Of a stretch of DNA of 52,759 nucleotides, positions 40,299 through 50,035 are shown piece after piece. The notes beneath the pieces were generated by a model. That model searched no databases, had not been told where the DNA came from, and was given only the letters and a program-made list of their open reading frames with translations. A program made the translations under genes and the position numbers. The DNA is from Armatimonadota bacterium (GTDB taxonomy: Bacteria; Armatimonadota; Fimbriimonadia; Fimbriimonadales; Fimbriimonadaceae): assembly GCA_031400935.1 (NCBI GenBank), contig JANNQV010000050.1, forward strand, positions 1-52,759, given 5' to 3'. Within the stretch, counting starts at the first letter, position 1. Every line of letters starts with the position of its first letter.

Positions 40299-41051
40299 TT
40301 ACGCTTTCGTCGCCACCACTCGAAGTCTAACATAATCAGCAGTCCATTCTTGCCCGTCAAAATGAGTCGCTTTCAGTTGATCTTCGGCCCGCACAATGAC
40401 TTTGGTTTGCTCCTCTTCAGAAAGCTGCTCCAAAACTAACTGAGCAAATTGCACGTACCAGTTTCGTAGTCCTTCTGGACCTGACAGCTTTGTTGGGCGA
40501 GGGAAGTGCAAGACTGATGTGGGCCGAATACCGTATTTCTCAAGCAAGAATGTGTACTCATCAGGCGAAGGATAGAATTTGGCAGGACGCTCCATTTGAA
40601 TCCCAATAAGTGAAACCGACTCCATTAAAGCAGTCATGATTTGATTATTGTTTCCTTTTCCACCCATTTCAATAACGAACTTTCCTCCTGATCGAAGTGC
40701 ACTCGACATACATCGAACTGTATTCTCAGCATCCAAAATCCAATGGAGTGCGGCGTTTGAGAAGAGCGCATCAACTTGCTCGTCAAGTTCAAAGTCCGAA
40801 GCATCGGCAAGCAAGAATTCAACCTCTGGGTAGGTAGATCGAGCGATTTCAAGCATAGGTTCCGAAGCATCTAGTCCAATTGCGGTAGCACCCTTGGCTG
40901 CGATTTGGGCAGTAAGATGGCCGGTTCCGCATCCAATATCCAGAATTCTCTCGCCTGGCTTTGGATCAAGTAAGCCGATGAGTTCCTCGCCGTAAGTTGT
41001 GACAAAGCTATGTTTTTTGTCGTAAGTTTCAGCGTCCCAGTTCAGGTTCAT
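40299..41051 (-). CDS. Class I SAM-dependent methyltransferase (Tam-like)
   Basis: ILDIGCGTG, FSNAALHW, EMGGKGN, ADYVRLR. Confidence 0.9.
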   Translation of the reverse strand: MNLNWDAETYDKKHSFVTTYGEELIGLLDPKPGERILDIGCGTGHLTAQIAAKGATAIGLDASEPMLEIARSTYPEVEFLLADASDFELDEQVDALFSNAALHWILDAENTVRCMSSALRSGGKFVIEMGGKGNNNQIMTALMESVSLIGIQMERPAKFYPSPDEYTFLLEKYGIRPTSVLHFPRPTKLSGPEGLRNWYVQFAQLVLEQLSEEEQTKVIVRAEDQLKATHFDGQEWTADYVRLRVVATKA

Positions 41052-41098
41052 ATCTCTAAACTACCAAAAACACTCTTTCCGATGTGCGATCATAAGAT

Positions 41099-41632
41099 AT
41101 GGAGCCAAATGAATCAACTGACAAATCTGCTGCTGGCACGCTTCTCCATCATTTAGTCCGAAACAACATGCGAACAATCGCAGAAATTCGCGCACAAGCA
41201 CGTCGAAGCAGGTCACTTCAGCATAGAATTGCCGACGCCGTAACGAACTTTAGCGGACACATGAACTTCGTGTATCTTCATGTTGTTTGGTTTGTAGTAT
41301 GGATCGTGGTCAACCAGGGAGTTACACCTATGAGGCCGTTTGATCCGTATCCGTTTGGCTTGCTGACAATGGTTGTTTCTCTGGAAGCAATATTTCTGAG
41401 TACCTTCGTATTGATTAGCCAAAACCGGCAGTCCGCTCAATCTGAAGAGCGTGCTGATCTCGACCTGCATATTGACTTACTTGCCGAGCACGAGATCACA
41501 AAGATTCTGAGGATCGTTGATTCAATTGCTCAAAAAGTAGGGGCATCAAGTGAGTTGGACTCCGAAGTAGGCGAGCTAGAGGAACAATTGACGCCAGAAC
41601 AAGTTCTCGCTGAACTTCGACGGCAATCTTGA
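41099..41632 (+). CDS. DUF1003 membrane protein
   Basis: RIAD....F.G, FDPYPF.LL...VSLEAIFLS..VLISQNRQ. Confidence 0.9.
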   Translation: MEPNESTDKSAAGTLLHHLVRNNMRTIAEIRAQARRSRSLQHRIADAVTNFSGHMNFVYLHVVWFVVWIVVNQGVTPMRPFDPYPFGLLTMVVSLEAIFLSTFVLISQNRQSAQSEERADLDLHIDLLAEHEITKILRIVDSIAQKVGASSELDSEVGELEEQLTPEQVLAELRRQS

Positions 41633-41649
41633 CTAGTCGAATGTTCGAT

Positions 41650-44124
41650 TTAATTCGCTGGCAACTTTGCAGGTTCAGCCTTTACGTACTTTTCTAACCA
41701 CGCCACCCAGCGGGCCCAGATGTCAAGAATTGACTCGATAGCTGCAGGACTATGATCTTCATATGGGTACATATAGAGTGAAACCGTCTTCCCAAGACCA
41801 TCAAGTGCGTTGAAGAGCCGTTCCGAATTGATCGGATTTGTGCCAGGGTTCTGGTCGTCTAGCCCGTGATACATGAGAAGAGCACCGGTTAATCTCTCAG
41901 CATAAAGAAGAGGAGACATTTCCAGATAAGTATCTCTTGCTTCCCAAAGTGTTCTGTTCTCCCCCTGAAACGCCATGGGAGTCAGCGGCCGAAGGTAAGC
42001 TCCATCGCCTGCGATTCCCGCCTTGAAGAGCGGCGTGTGCGCCATTGCATTGACTGTGCTGAATGCGCCGTAGCTGTGGCCCCCAAGCGCTAACTTGCTT
42101 CGGTCAATATATCCCAGTCGGTCGAGTTCGTCTATGGTGGCCGAAAGGTTGTTCCTCAAATCAGGAATATAGCTATCATTTTTTCTGTCCGCTGTTCCAA
42201 TGATGGGACATTCAGGTTGAACGACAGCATATCCCAGCAATGTAAACATTTCGGGATCAAGAGAGGAGACCGATGGAAAGAGGTTTTTGTTGTAGGTTCG
42301 GGACGCGTCATCTATCGCTTTTTGGTCAACGAATTCATTTGGATAGAACCAGAAAAACGCAGGTAATTTAGCACCTGGCACCCACCATTTTGGCAGGGTT
42401 ACCTTTGTCCAAAAGGAAACTCCATCCGCACGAGTGATCCTAACACTGAATCGCTGAGCGGCAGTAACTTCTGGAGCAAAGTCGCGATTGGCTACGAGTT
42501 GGAATTCAGTTTTTGTAACCAAATTAAGCCTAAAGTAGCTAGAAATCTGTGTTGGCGACTCTCTTGAGATTACGACGGATTTTGCGTCGTAGTCCAAGAG
42601 GGAGACTATGTTCTCGTAGGAAGTCTCTGAGCTTTGCCAGATCCGTTCCTTCTTGCCATCTGCAAGGGATACTCGATCCAGATACGGACGAGGAGCCTCC
42701 TTCATGTTGTCCCTAAAATACTGCGTTCCACGCAAGTAGCAATGTCCAGATGAGCTGACAAGAATTGTGCTTGCAACCCGCCCTGAAACAAGAGTGCCAG
42801 GGTTTTCGTAAAAATCGTCGCGCTTTGAACTGCTTAGAACCGTGATCTTCTTCGTTGCAAGTTCGATTGCTACGTGTTCGGTAGCCGTTCCCTTAGTACG
42901 AGAAACGAAAATATACTTGCAATCTGGCGAAAACTGAACGGAAGTAAGGGCTTCGTCTTGCTCGTAAACAACTTTTGCGTCAACGTCTCCATAGGGCGCC
43001 ACCCATTGCATCAAACGGTCCTTTCTTTTTGCCGCAGGGTCTTCTGTTTCTCCTTCCTTCATTGCCGGTGCCGGTTCTCGTTGCAAGAAGGATATGCCAA
43101 CTCCATCCGGTCGCCATTTGATATCTCGCTTGGCGTCGGGTTTTGGAATTTGTGGCGTTTCTTGAGCATCCATACCTCCCAGCCGAAGTTTTCGGTCAGA
43201 GATTTCATAAAGAACCTTGCCTGTAGGGTCAATAAGAGTTTCCTTTCGGCCAAATGAACCAAAAGGAACTACGTAAGAAAATGGCTTGAACACTTGTGTC
43301 ACGCGGAATGCAGTTCCATCAGGCGAAGCTGAAAACGAATCAATCATTCCCGGTGCTCCAATGGTCGTCGTTTTGCCAGACTCGACCTCAATTTTCGACA
43401 ATTGGCCAGTCGTTAAATGCTCTAGTAGTTGTTGATCAAAAGCAGTTTCCATTAGCCCACGCAGCGGTCTAGACTTGTTCTTTGATGGTTCGCTAACCTT
43501 GACGCGAGGCTGTGTTGGAATGGTTGATGTTACTGGTGCCGGCGGGCGATTGGCCGGAATCTGGACGCAAGAAACGCTCTTTCCATTGTCCGTCCATGCC
43601 AGGTTCGTGGAAAGAGACGGAAGCAGGGAAGTTCTAGAAAGCATTCGTGAGCTTCCCTTTACAAGTTCATAAATTGCTAAATAATTGTGAGCATCGTTGA
43701 ATGCGATATAAGCCAGTTTCGTCCCGTCTGGCGACCAAGTGGGCGACCAAACTCGAAACCCTTTCGGGGCTGGAACTTCCATTTTCTTCCCATCAACCGA
43801 GATCAGTAGAAAACCTGCAAACCCTCGCAATGTAAGTGCACGATCCCTATTCGCAGCTACGTCAAACGCTTGCCCTGCGAGGCGAATATAAGGCGACGAA
43901 GTTTGTTTAAGAGTTGGCATTCCGGTGCTTCGATTCACGCAAAACCATTGTCCAGTTGGATCCAAATTAGACAGCGCGACGTTTTCGTGCCTCGCGGATT
44001 TAATGATGTCTGCGATCAGCTTTGGAGGCTCAATGTAAGTCTCTGCAACTAATGGTTCTGTAGCATTTTGAGCGAGTGCTAGCGCGGGCAGAACAAGGGA
44101 TGTAAGGATGACAAGTGGCTTCAC
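41650..44124 (-). CDS. S9 prolyl oligopeptidase family (glutamyl-endopeptidase-like) secreted peptidase
   Basis: GGHSYGAF, AGIAGDGAY.R.LTP..FQ.E.R, HG..D.N.GT and PYEDH. Confidence 0.9.
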   Translation of the reverse strand: MKPLVILTSLVLPALALAQNATEPLVAETYIEPPKLIADIIKSARHENVALSNLDPTGQWFCVNRSTGMPTLKQTSSPYIRLAGQAFDVAANRDRALTLRGFAGFLLISVDGKKMEVPAPKGFRVWSPTWSPDGTKLAYIAFNDAHNYLAIYELVKGSSRMLSRTSLLPSLSTNLAWTDNGKSVSCVQIPANRPPAPVTSTIPTQPRVKVSEPSKNKSRPLRGLMETAFDQQLLEHLTTGQLSKIEVESGKTTTIGAPGMIDSFSASPDGTAFRVTQVFKPFSYVVPFGSFGRKETLIDPTGKVLYEISDRKLRLGGMDAQETPQIPKPDAKRDIKWRPDGVGISFLQREPAPAMKEGETEDPAAKRKDRLMQWVAPYGDVDAKVVYEQDEALTSVQFSPDCKYIFVSRTKGTATEHVAIELATKKITVLSSSKRDDFYENPGTLVSGRVASTILVSSSGHCYLRGTQYFRDNMKEAPRPYLDRVSLADGKKERIWQSSETSYENIVSLLDYDAKSVVISRESPTQISSYFRLNLVTKTEFQLVANRDFAPEVTAAQRFSVRITRADGVSFWTKVTLPKWWVPGAKLPAFFWFYPNEFVDQKAIDDASRTYNKNLFPSVSSLDPEMFTLLGYAVVQPECPIIGTADRKNDSYIPDLRNNLSATIDELDRLGYIDRSKLALGGHSYGAFSTVNAMAHTPLFKAGIAGDGAYLRPLTPMAFQGENRTLWEARDTYLEMSPLLYAERLTGALLMYHGLDDQNPGTNPINSERLFNALDGLGKTVSLYMYPYEDHSPAAIESILDIWARWVAWLEKYVKAEPAKLPAN

Positions 44125-44181
44125 CTTGCCATTGTCTACTTTTTTCGATTGAAATTACAACGGCTTCCAAAAAATACTGGA

Positions 44182-45030
44182 TTATGAAATACCAGATTTC
44201 CGGCGCATTTGCTGGTTGACAAAGTCTACATACTCTTTCGTAGCGCCTGGCAGTTCAATCAATTTCTTGCCGTACTCGTTTGCCTTTTTCGTATCGCCTT
44301 TTTGCAGACAGCAGCTATAGAGCGATACAAGCGAGTAGCTTTTGTCGGCAGTAGTTCCCGGATAATTCATGGAGTCTCGGAAATACTCCGTAGCCTTGTC
44401 AAAGCGCTCGGACAGCTGAAAAACGTCGCCAACCATGTTCAACGCAGAAGCCATATATGTGCCACGGTACTTTGCCCTCTTTGCAAGTTCCAGATGTTTA
44501 AGGGAGGTAGTTTCTTCTTCCTGAATCGCAAATAGCCAAGCAAGTCGAGCGTTCGTTTCACCATCCATCGGCTTCAATTTAATGGCGGAGAGAAGCTTGT
44601 CCTTCACTTGAATAGCGGCAACCCGCTTTTTCACTTCGTCTCGAAACATGATCGGCGTATGAAAGCCGTTGATTTCTGTGAATTTGACGCCGTTTGGAGC
44701 CACAAAGACAAATGCCGGATACATCTTTGCACCCAATTTTGTTTTGAGAGCTTTGCCATCAGTTTCTGCATTGAGTGAAACTGGAATTACGGATTGCATC
44801 ACTTTGACCACGCTTTGATCTTTAAGCGTCCCAGATTTCATTTGCTGGCAATACCTGCACCAGTCAGTGTGAAAAAACACGAGGACGGGCTTGTTGGATT
44901 TCTTGGCGAGTTCGAGAGCTTTGGCGTAATTTGATTGCCAAGGGATTGATTGAGCATGAGAAGCAATCGAACTTAGAATTAAGAACGCAGTGATTCCTGA
45001 ACGCAGGCAAATGAAAGGTCGTGTTAGCAT
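44182..45030 (-). CDS. Secreted thioredoxin-fold protein with TPR-like C-terminus
   Basis: KPVLVFFHTDWCRYC (CxxC) followed by helical repeats. Confidence 0.8.
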   Translation of the reverse strand: MLTRPFICLRSGITAFLILSSIASHAQSIPWQSNYAKALELAKKSNKPVLVFFHTDWCRYCQQMKSGTLKDQSVVKVMQSVIPVSLNAETDGKALKTKLGAKMYPAFVFVAPNGVKFTEINGFHTPIMFRDEVKKRVAAIQVKDKLLSAIKLKPMDGETNARLAWLFAIQEEETTSLKHLELAKRAKYRGTYMASALNMVGDVFQLSERFDKATEYFRDSMNYPGTTADKSYSLVSLYSCCLQKGDTKKANEYGKKLIELPGATKEYVDFVNQQMRRKSGIS

Positions 45031-45158
45031 GATTTGTAATAGTGGTAATTAGATTGACTTTCAAAGCATGATCGGAGGGTTCACGTCGGCCCTAAAAGTC
45101 TTCTCAATGTTATACGTGGAACTTGGACATTTTTTCACCCAGTTCGTAATACGAATAC

Positions 45159-45192
45159 AAAAAAGCCCCTCCTTCCGAGTAGAAGAAGGGGC
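45159..45192 (-). terminator. Intrinsic terminator downstream of the M43 gene
   Basis: Minus strand reads gccccttcttc-tactc-ggaaggaggggc-tttttt. Confidence 0.75.
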
Positions 45193-45241
45193 AATTAGGT
45201 CGAATACCCGTTTGTCAACAAACATAGGGCATAGTTACAAT

Positions 45242-46159
45242 CTACCGATTAAAGCGATAGGTTGTAAACAAGCTGTCCATTCTCGTGTCTTGGCCGGCTG
45301 TGAACTGGAACATGCATGAATCATCTGTGTAATCCATGAAGTTTGTGATTGGGTCGTTGCCAGGGAAGCGTGAACCTGTACAAGTGTTGCGTCCGACTGG
45401 GCACCCAAATGCTGCGGATTTCTCAGCGGGGGTATCGGCTACGCCGTCACCTTGCGCAGGGTTGCTCTTGCACCCGCCCTGAAACGTGTGATACAAGCCC
45501 ATCCAGTGTCCAACTTCGTGGGTTGCCGTGTCACCCAGATTGTAAGGAGCCGCAGTTCCACCTGGAACTGAAGAGAAGAGAATTACAACGCCATCGTTCT
45601 TTGGATTGCCAGCATAGCTAGATGGAAATGTCGCCCAGCCGAGAAGTCCGCCGCCCATGTTGTTAGAGTAAACGTTCAGGTCGTCGGCTGTTCCTTGCCG
45701 CAGAGCAGTTTTCATTTGTGTTTCGCACGTTCCGCCTGCACATGTGTACCAAGTTGCGTTGGTTGTTCTTGTAGTCGCAACCAAATTGAAGCTCCAACCC
45801 CATGGGGCCCAAGCAGCATTCAAAACGTTGATCGAATCTGTGATTTGCGAATCAGGAATATTTCCATTCGCAAGGCTTGATCCGTTGTTGATTACATGCC
45901 AATAGACATTGATGACTCCCCCGGTCACGTCTTCTGGATTATTTACAGCATTTGCAAGATCTTTCTCGACTTGAGCTTGCTCGACCAATGAGAGCTCTTT
46001 TGTTGCGCATCGTGCCATTGGACCAGTGCGCATTGTGGACATGTCAATGCTCTCCAATCCACCGCCGTCGCTAGGCGCGACTCCGCCACCACCGCACCCA
46101 TAAATTGTCAATCCTATCGCTGCTAATGCTGCAAATGCAGCCAAACCAAATTTATTCAT
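45242..46159 (-). CDS. M43 (ulilysin/pappalysin-like) zinc metalloprotease, lipoprotein
   Basis: HEVGHWMGLYHTF, D.VADTP, NFMDY Met-turn, lipobox IYGC and AGGAGG RBS. Confidence 0.92.
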   Translation of the reverse strand: MNKFGLAAFAALAAIGLTIYGCGGGGVAPSDGGGLESIDMSTMRTGPMARCATKELSLVEQAQVEKDLANAVNNPEDVTGGVINVYWHVINNGSSLANGNIPDSQITDSINVLNAAWAPWGWSFNLVATTRTTNATWYTCAGGTCETQMKTALRQGTADDLNVYSNNMGGGLLGWATFPSSYAGNPKNDGVVILFSSVPGGTAAPYNLGDTATHEVGHWMGLYHTFQGGCKSNPAQGDGVADTPAEKSAAFGCPVGRNTCTGSRFPGNDPITNFMDYTDDSCMFQFTAGQDTRMDSLFTTYRFNR

Positions 46160-46275
46160 CTTTGAATTTCCTCCTAACTGATGTCAAACGACACAATATA
46201 GAAACGTATCGTGAGCCGCTTCCGAAGCACATTATAAGGTAATTCTTTTCATTCGTCAAGGATTTGGACTAGTAG

Positions 46276-46368
46276 TTTTGCTGGTTATTGTTGAATGTTG
46301 GTATTTTGTTGTTTGTTATTGGTTATTGGGTGCTGGGTGTCTCTTGCATCCCAGTATCCCCGCATCCC
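46276..46368. repeat. Heptamer repeats (TTGGTTA/TTGTTG)
   Basis: ttgctggttattgttgaatgttggtattttgttgtttgttattggttattgg followed by atccc-type units. Confidence 0.6.
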
Positions 46369-47517
46369 CTAGTACAAGAACATCGGCTTGCCAGCAACGT
46401 GCCGAACCTTTGGACGGTAGTTCTTTGAATCGTAGAGCTCGTCAACGTCAACTCTTTTCACGCCTTCGCGAGTGACCGAAATGGGCACATTTGTATACGT
46501 TCCCCCACGAAGGGATACCATCCTGCCGCTCAGGCCCTCAAGAGCGAGGCCGGCCGCCATGACGGCATAGTTTGTGGCTACCATTAGGTCAAGCGAATCG
46601 GGTGCGCCCGATCTCATCAGATACCCAATCTGTTGGTAAATAATGTCTTCCCCGGTTAATTCTTTGAGCAACTCGCCAACATCTTGCCCGATGCCTCCTA
46701 GCTTTTGGTGGCCATAAGCGTCTTCTGCGCCGCGCTGGAGAATTTTCCCCTCAATTGGATGAGCGCCCTCAGATATCGTCATCATCGCATAGTTCGACGG
46801 ATTGTCACGTTTGTCAGAAAGTAACATTTCTGCAAGGCGGTTTGCATCAAATGGAACCTCCGAAATGACTGCTCTATCTACACCGGCCAAATAAGCCGTT
46901 ATCAAAGAAGTTTCTCCACTGTTTCGGCCAAAGAGTTCTACGATCGCAATTCGTTCGTGTGAACCGGTGCTAGTTCTGAGATTGTTGATGAATTCAACAC
47001 CACGGGTAACCGCCGTCGAGAAGCCAATGCAGTAGTCCGTTCCATGAACATCGTTATCCATCGTCTTTGGAATCGCGATCACGGGAACTCCTTCGTCATG
47101 CAGCCGAAGCCCATAGGAAAGAGTGTCGTCGCCGCCAATCGGTATCAAAACGTCTAACTTTAGTGCTTCGACTACCTTGAGAACGTGAGCAGTGAAGTCG
47201 TGAGGCGAATCTCCTTGCTCTTGGCCAAGGAGAAAATCAGGGATGTTCTCCGTTCTGACCCGAGCCGGGTTGGTTCGAGAAGTGTGCAAGATCGTGCCAC
47301 CAGTTCGGTCAATTCGACGGACTTTCACTCGGTCCATTGGTTCAATCAATTCGGAAATTGAGTCTGGATCGTCAAGGTTGGTTCCCAGTAGGCCGTGCCA
47401 GCCCTTTTTGATACCAAATACTTCGTGTCCTAGTTCGTTAACTTCATTAACTACAGCTTTGATGCAGGCATTTAGTCCGGGGACGTCGCCTCCTCCGGTT
47501 AGAATTCCAATTCTCAT
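46369..47517 (-). CDS. pfkA: 6-phosphofructokinase (PfkA family; GGDD/PKTMDND signature)
   Basis: [39 protein letters not shown]. Confidence 0.9.
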   Translation of the reverse strand: MRIGILTGGGDVPGLNACIKAVVNEVNELGHEVFGIKKGWHGLLGTNLDDPDSISELIEPMDRVKVRRIDRTGGTILHTSRTNPARVRTENIPDFLLGQEQGDSPHDFTAHVLKVVEALKLDVLIPIGGDDTLSYGLRLHDEGVPVIAIPKTMDNDVHGTDYCIGFSTAVTRGVEFINNLRTSTGSHERIAIVELFGRNSGETSLITAYLAGVDRAVISEVPFDANRLAEMLLSDKRDNPSNYAMMTISEGAHPIEGKILQRGAEDAYGHQKLGGIGQDVGELLKELTGEDIIYQQIGYLMRSGAPDSLDLMVATNYAVMAAGLALEGLSGRMVSLRGGTYTNVPISVTREGVKRVDVDELYDSKNYRPKVRHVAGKPMFLY

Positions 47518-47664
47518 ATTTTAGTTTCCGTTCATTCTCGACCTTGTTTGGCTTGGCGACGCTGCATGGGCGGATGAAGGGAATCGAGAACAACATTGTA
47601 TCTTTCTGAGGGCACTCCTGTCATGCGGTTCGAGAGGCCGGAAGTGTAAACTCACGACCTAAAC

Positions 47665-49149
47665 ATGCCCACAAAGACCGTTCCGACTCCCGTTCCAATT
47701 TTCGAAAAATCTCGTGCTGGCCGCGTCGGTTGCAACGTACCCCAATGCGACACTCCTGAGGTCAGTTTTTCGGATGCGATTGGTCCAGTTCGCGATTCCT
47801 TGAGACTTCCTGAAATTGCAGAACTAGACATGATTCGACATTTTACGAACCTGAGCCATATCAATTACGGTATTGACACGGGATTTTATCCGCTCGGTTC
47901 TTGCACGATGAAATACAATCCGCGCATTAATGAGCGGGTTGCTAGTTTGGCGGGGTTTACGCATGTTCATCCGCTTCAACCGGAGTCAACGGTTGGCGGT
48001 TATCTTGAAGTCATCGCATCGGTTCAAGACATTTTGATGGAGCTGACCGGCTTCGATGCGATCACGATGCAGCCGGTTGCTGGCGCACATGGCGAGCAGA
48101 CTTGTTTGATGCTAATCAAGTCGTATCACGCATCGCAAGGCGAAGGCGAAACACGAAACATCGTGCTCATTCCCGATTCAGCACACGGGACCAATCCAGC
48201 TTCTGCGGCGCGTTGCGGATACGATGTGAAATCTGTTCCCACAAACGCTAATGGCGATTGCGACCTTGAAGCGCTTGCTGCGCTTTGCGATCAATCCGTA
48301 GCCGCATTCATGGTCACAAACCCTTCAACGCTAGGACTTTTCGAGCGCCAAATTGTTGAGATTTGCAAGCTTGTTCACGATTGCGGTGGACAAGTTTTCT
48401 GCGATGGCGCAAACATGAATGCTATGGTCGGAACAACCAGGCCAGGCGATCATGGTTTCGACTGCATGCATTTGAACCTGCACAAGACCTTCACAACTCC
48501 ACATGGCGGTGGTGGGCCGGGCTGCGGGGCGATCGGAGTGAAATCGCATTTGGAGCCATACATCCCTGGGCCGGTCATCAAATGGGAAGGGAAGAAGGCG
48601 GTTATTGATCGGCATCGTCCGCTAAGCATCGGGAGGGTTTCGAGTTTTTGGGGAAATTCGTTGATGGCTGTTCGGGCACTGAGCTACCTGCTTGCAATGG
48701 GGAAGGAATATCTGCCTCAGATTTCACGAATAGCGGTTCTAAATGCAAATTACATTCGTGCTCGATTGAAGGAAGTTTTGCCGCCTGCTCATGACCGCTA
48801 TTGCATGCACGAATGCGTCTTGACCGCTGAAAAGTACAAGAAGGAAAACGGAATTCGGGCACTCGACATCAGCAAGCGATTGATTGACTACGGATTTCAC
48901 CCGCCGACCAACTATTTCCCGTTAACTGTCCCCGAATGTTTCATGATCGAACCTACGGAGACGGAAGGCAAGGAAACACTGGACGCTTTTTGCGATGCGT
49001 TGATTTCCATTTGCGAAGAAGCTGTTTCCAATCCTGATGCTTTGCACGATGCTCCGACTTCGCAGATTGTTGGAAGGCTTGATGAAGCAAAGGCAGTTAA
49101 AGATTTGAACGTAAATTATTGGCGCCAAAGGGCTCCAGTTTCGGTGTAA
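47665..49149 (+). CDS. gcvPB: Glycine dehydrogenase (decarboxylating) subunit 2
   Basis: PLGSCTMKYNP, AGAHGE, PDSAHGTNPAS, HLNLHKTF.TPHGGGGPG, IEPTETE. Confidence 0.96.
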   Translation: MPTKTVPTPVPIFEKSRAGRVGCNVPQCDTPEVSFSDAIGPVRDSLRLPEIAELDMIRHFTNLSHINYGIDTGFYPLGSCTMKYNPRINERVASLAGFTHVHPLQPESTVGGYLEVIASVQDILMELTGFDAITMQPVAGAHGEQTCLMLIKSYHASQGEGETRNIVLIPDSAHGTNPASAARCGYDVKSVPTNANGDCDLEALAALCDQSVAAFMVTNPSTLGLFERQIVEICKLVHDCGGQVFCDGANMNAMVGTTRPGDHGFDCMHLNLHKTFTTPHGGGGPGCGAIGVKSHLEPYIPGPVIKWEGKKAVIDRHRPLSIGRVSSFWGNSLMAVRALSYLLAMGKEYLPQISRIAVLNANYIRARLKEVLPPAHDRYCMHECVLTAEKYKKENGIRALDISKRLIDYGFHPPTNYFPLTVPECFMIEPTETEGKETLDAFCDALISICEEAVSNPDALHDAPTSQIVGRLDEAKAVKDLNVNYWRQRAPVSV

Positions 49150-49152
49150 TTC

Positions 49153-49839
49153 GTGTATTTTCGATCTGGCGAGATTGAAGACGGACCCACTAATATGGCG
49201 CGGGATGCTGAGTTACTCGCAATTTGCGAAAAGGAAGGTGTTGCCGCAAGGGTTTACACATGGTCAGAACCATGGGTCACTCTTGGAAGATTCCAAAAGC
49301 CGATTTCGGACATAAAGCTGGATTCTCCAGTTCCTTATGTCATGCGTCCCACTGGCGGTCGAGCCGTGCTTCACGGGCACGACATCACGATCGGACTTGC
49401 CATTTCACTTTCGAGTATGGCGAAGGGTGGAGAAGAAGTCACATTGCTTTCTAGAAGCGTTCGGCGGGTCTACAGAGTTGCCGTTTTGCCGATCATTTAT
49501 GCTTTCCGCTCTTGCGGAATTGATGCAGTTTTGGGGGAAGAGCTAAGGGGAATCGTTGAGTTGCCCAAAAGCGCAGACTGCTTTGCACACGTTTCGGCGA
49601 ATGATGTAGTTGACCGAAAGGCATTGAGGAAGGTTTGCGGAGTAGCAATGCTTTTGACAAGGGATGCTGTTTTGTTGCAGGCGAGCGTTCCGATTGCAGA
49701 GCCATTGATTGATCCTGCATTGGTGTACGAAAAGCCCGCCAAAGTGTTCCCAGTTTCGATTACCATGCTTGATTTTGCGAGGGAGTTTCAAATTGCTCTG
49801 TGCAGTGGAGCGCGGAACTTGTCCATTTCTCAACAGTAA
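49153..49839 (+). CDS. Lipoate/octanoyl transferase (LplA/LipM family)
   Basis: NMARD..LL, RVYTW..P..TLG..Q, RPTGGRAVLH, CF, RKVCG.A; adjacent to gcvPB. Confidence 0.85.
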   Translation: MYFRSGEIEDGPTNMARDAELLAICEKEGVAARVYTWSEPWVTLGRFQKPISDIKLDSPVPYVMRPTGGRAVLHGHDITIGLAISLSSMAKGGEEVTLLSRSVRRVYRVAVLPIIYAFRSCGIDAVLGEELRGIVELPKSADCFAHVSANDVVDRKALRKVCGVAMLLTRDAVLLQASVPIAEPLIDPALVYEKPAKVFPVSITMLDFAREFQIALCSGARNLSISQQ

Positions 49840-50019
49840 GTTTCAGTGGCCTGGCTCCGTATTTTGGGTCGCGGAGCTAATTTTCCACTTGCTCGAATTT
49901 AAGACAGCTTAGGCTCCGCGGTTCGGAAGATTGATATTCCGCAAATGTCGTGGTCCTTTGAATTTCACTACGGACGAGACGCCCGGGGACCGAAAAGCAG
50001 GCGAGACGTCCGCGCTCCA
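49806..50019. repeat. GGAGCGCGG-family REP-like cluster between convergent genes
   Basis: tggagcgcggaac, ggctccgtattttgggtcgcggagct, ggctccgcggttcgg and gcaggcgagacgtccgcgctcca. Confidence 0.7.
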
Positions 50020-50035
50020 TTAGTTCGTCAGGGTC

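Noticed and set aside
47518..47664. Glycine riboswitch upstream of gcvPB
   Set aside because: I could not find the conserved GGAGA...CCGAAG...CTCTCAGG elements, and a -10-like box sits close to the ATG.
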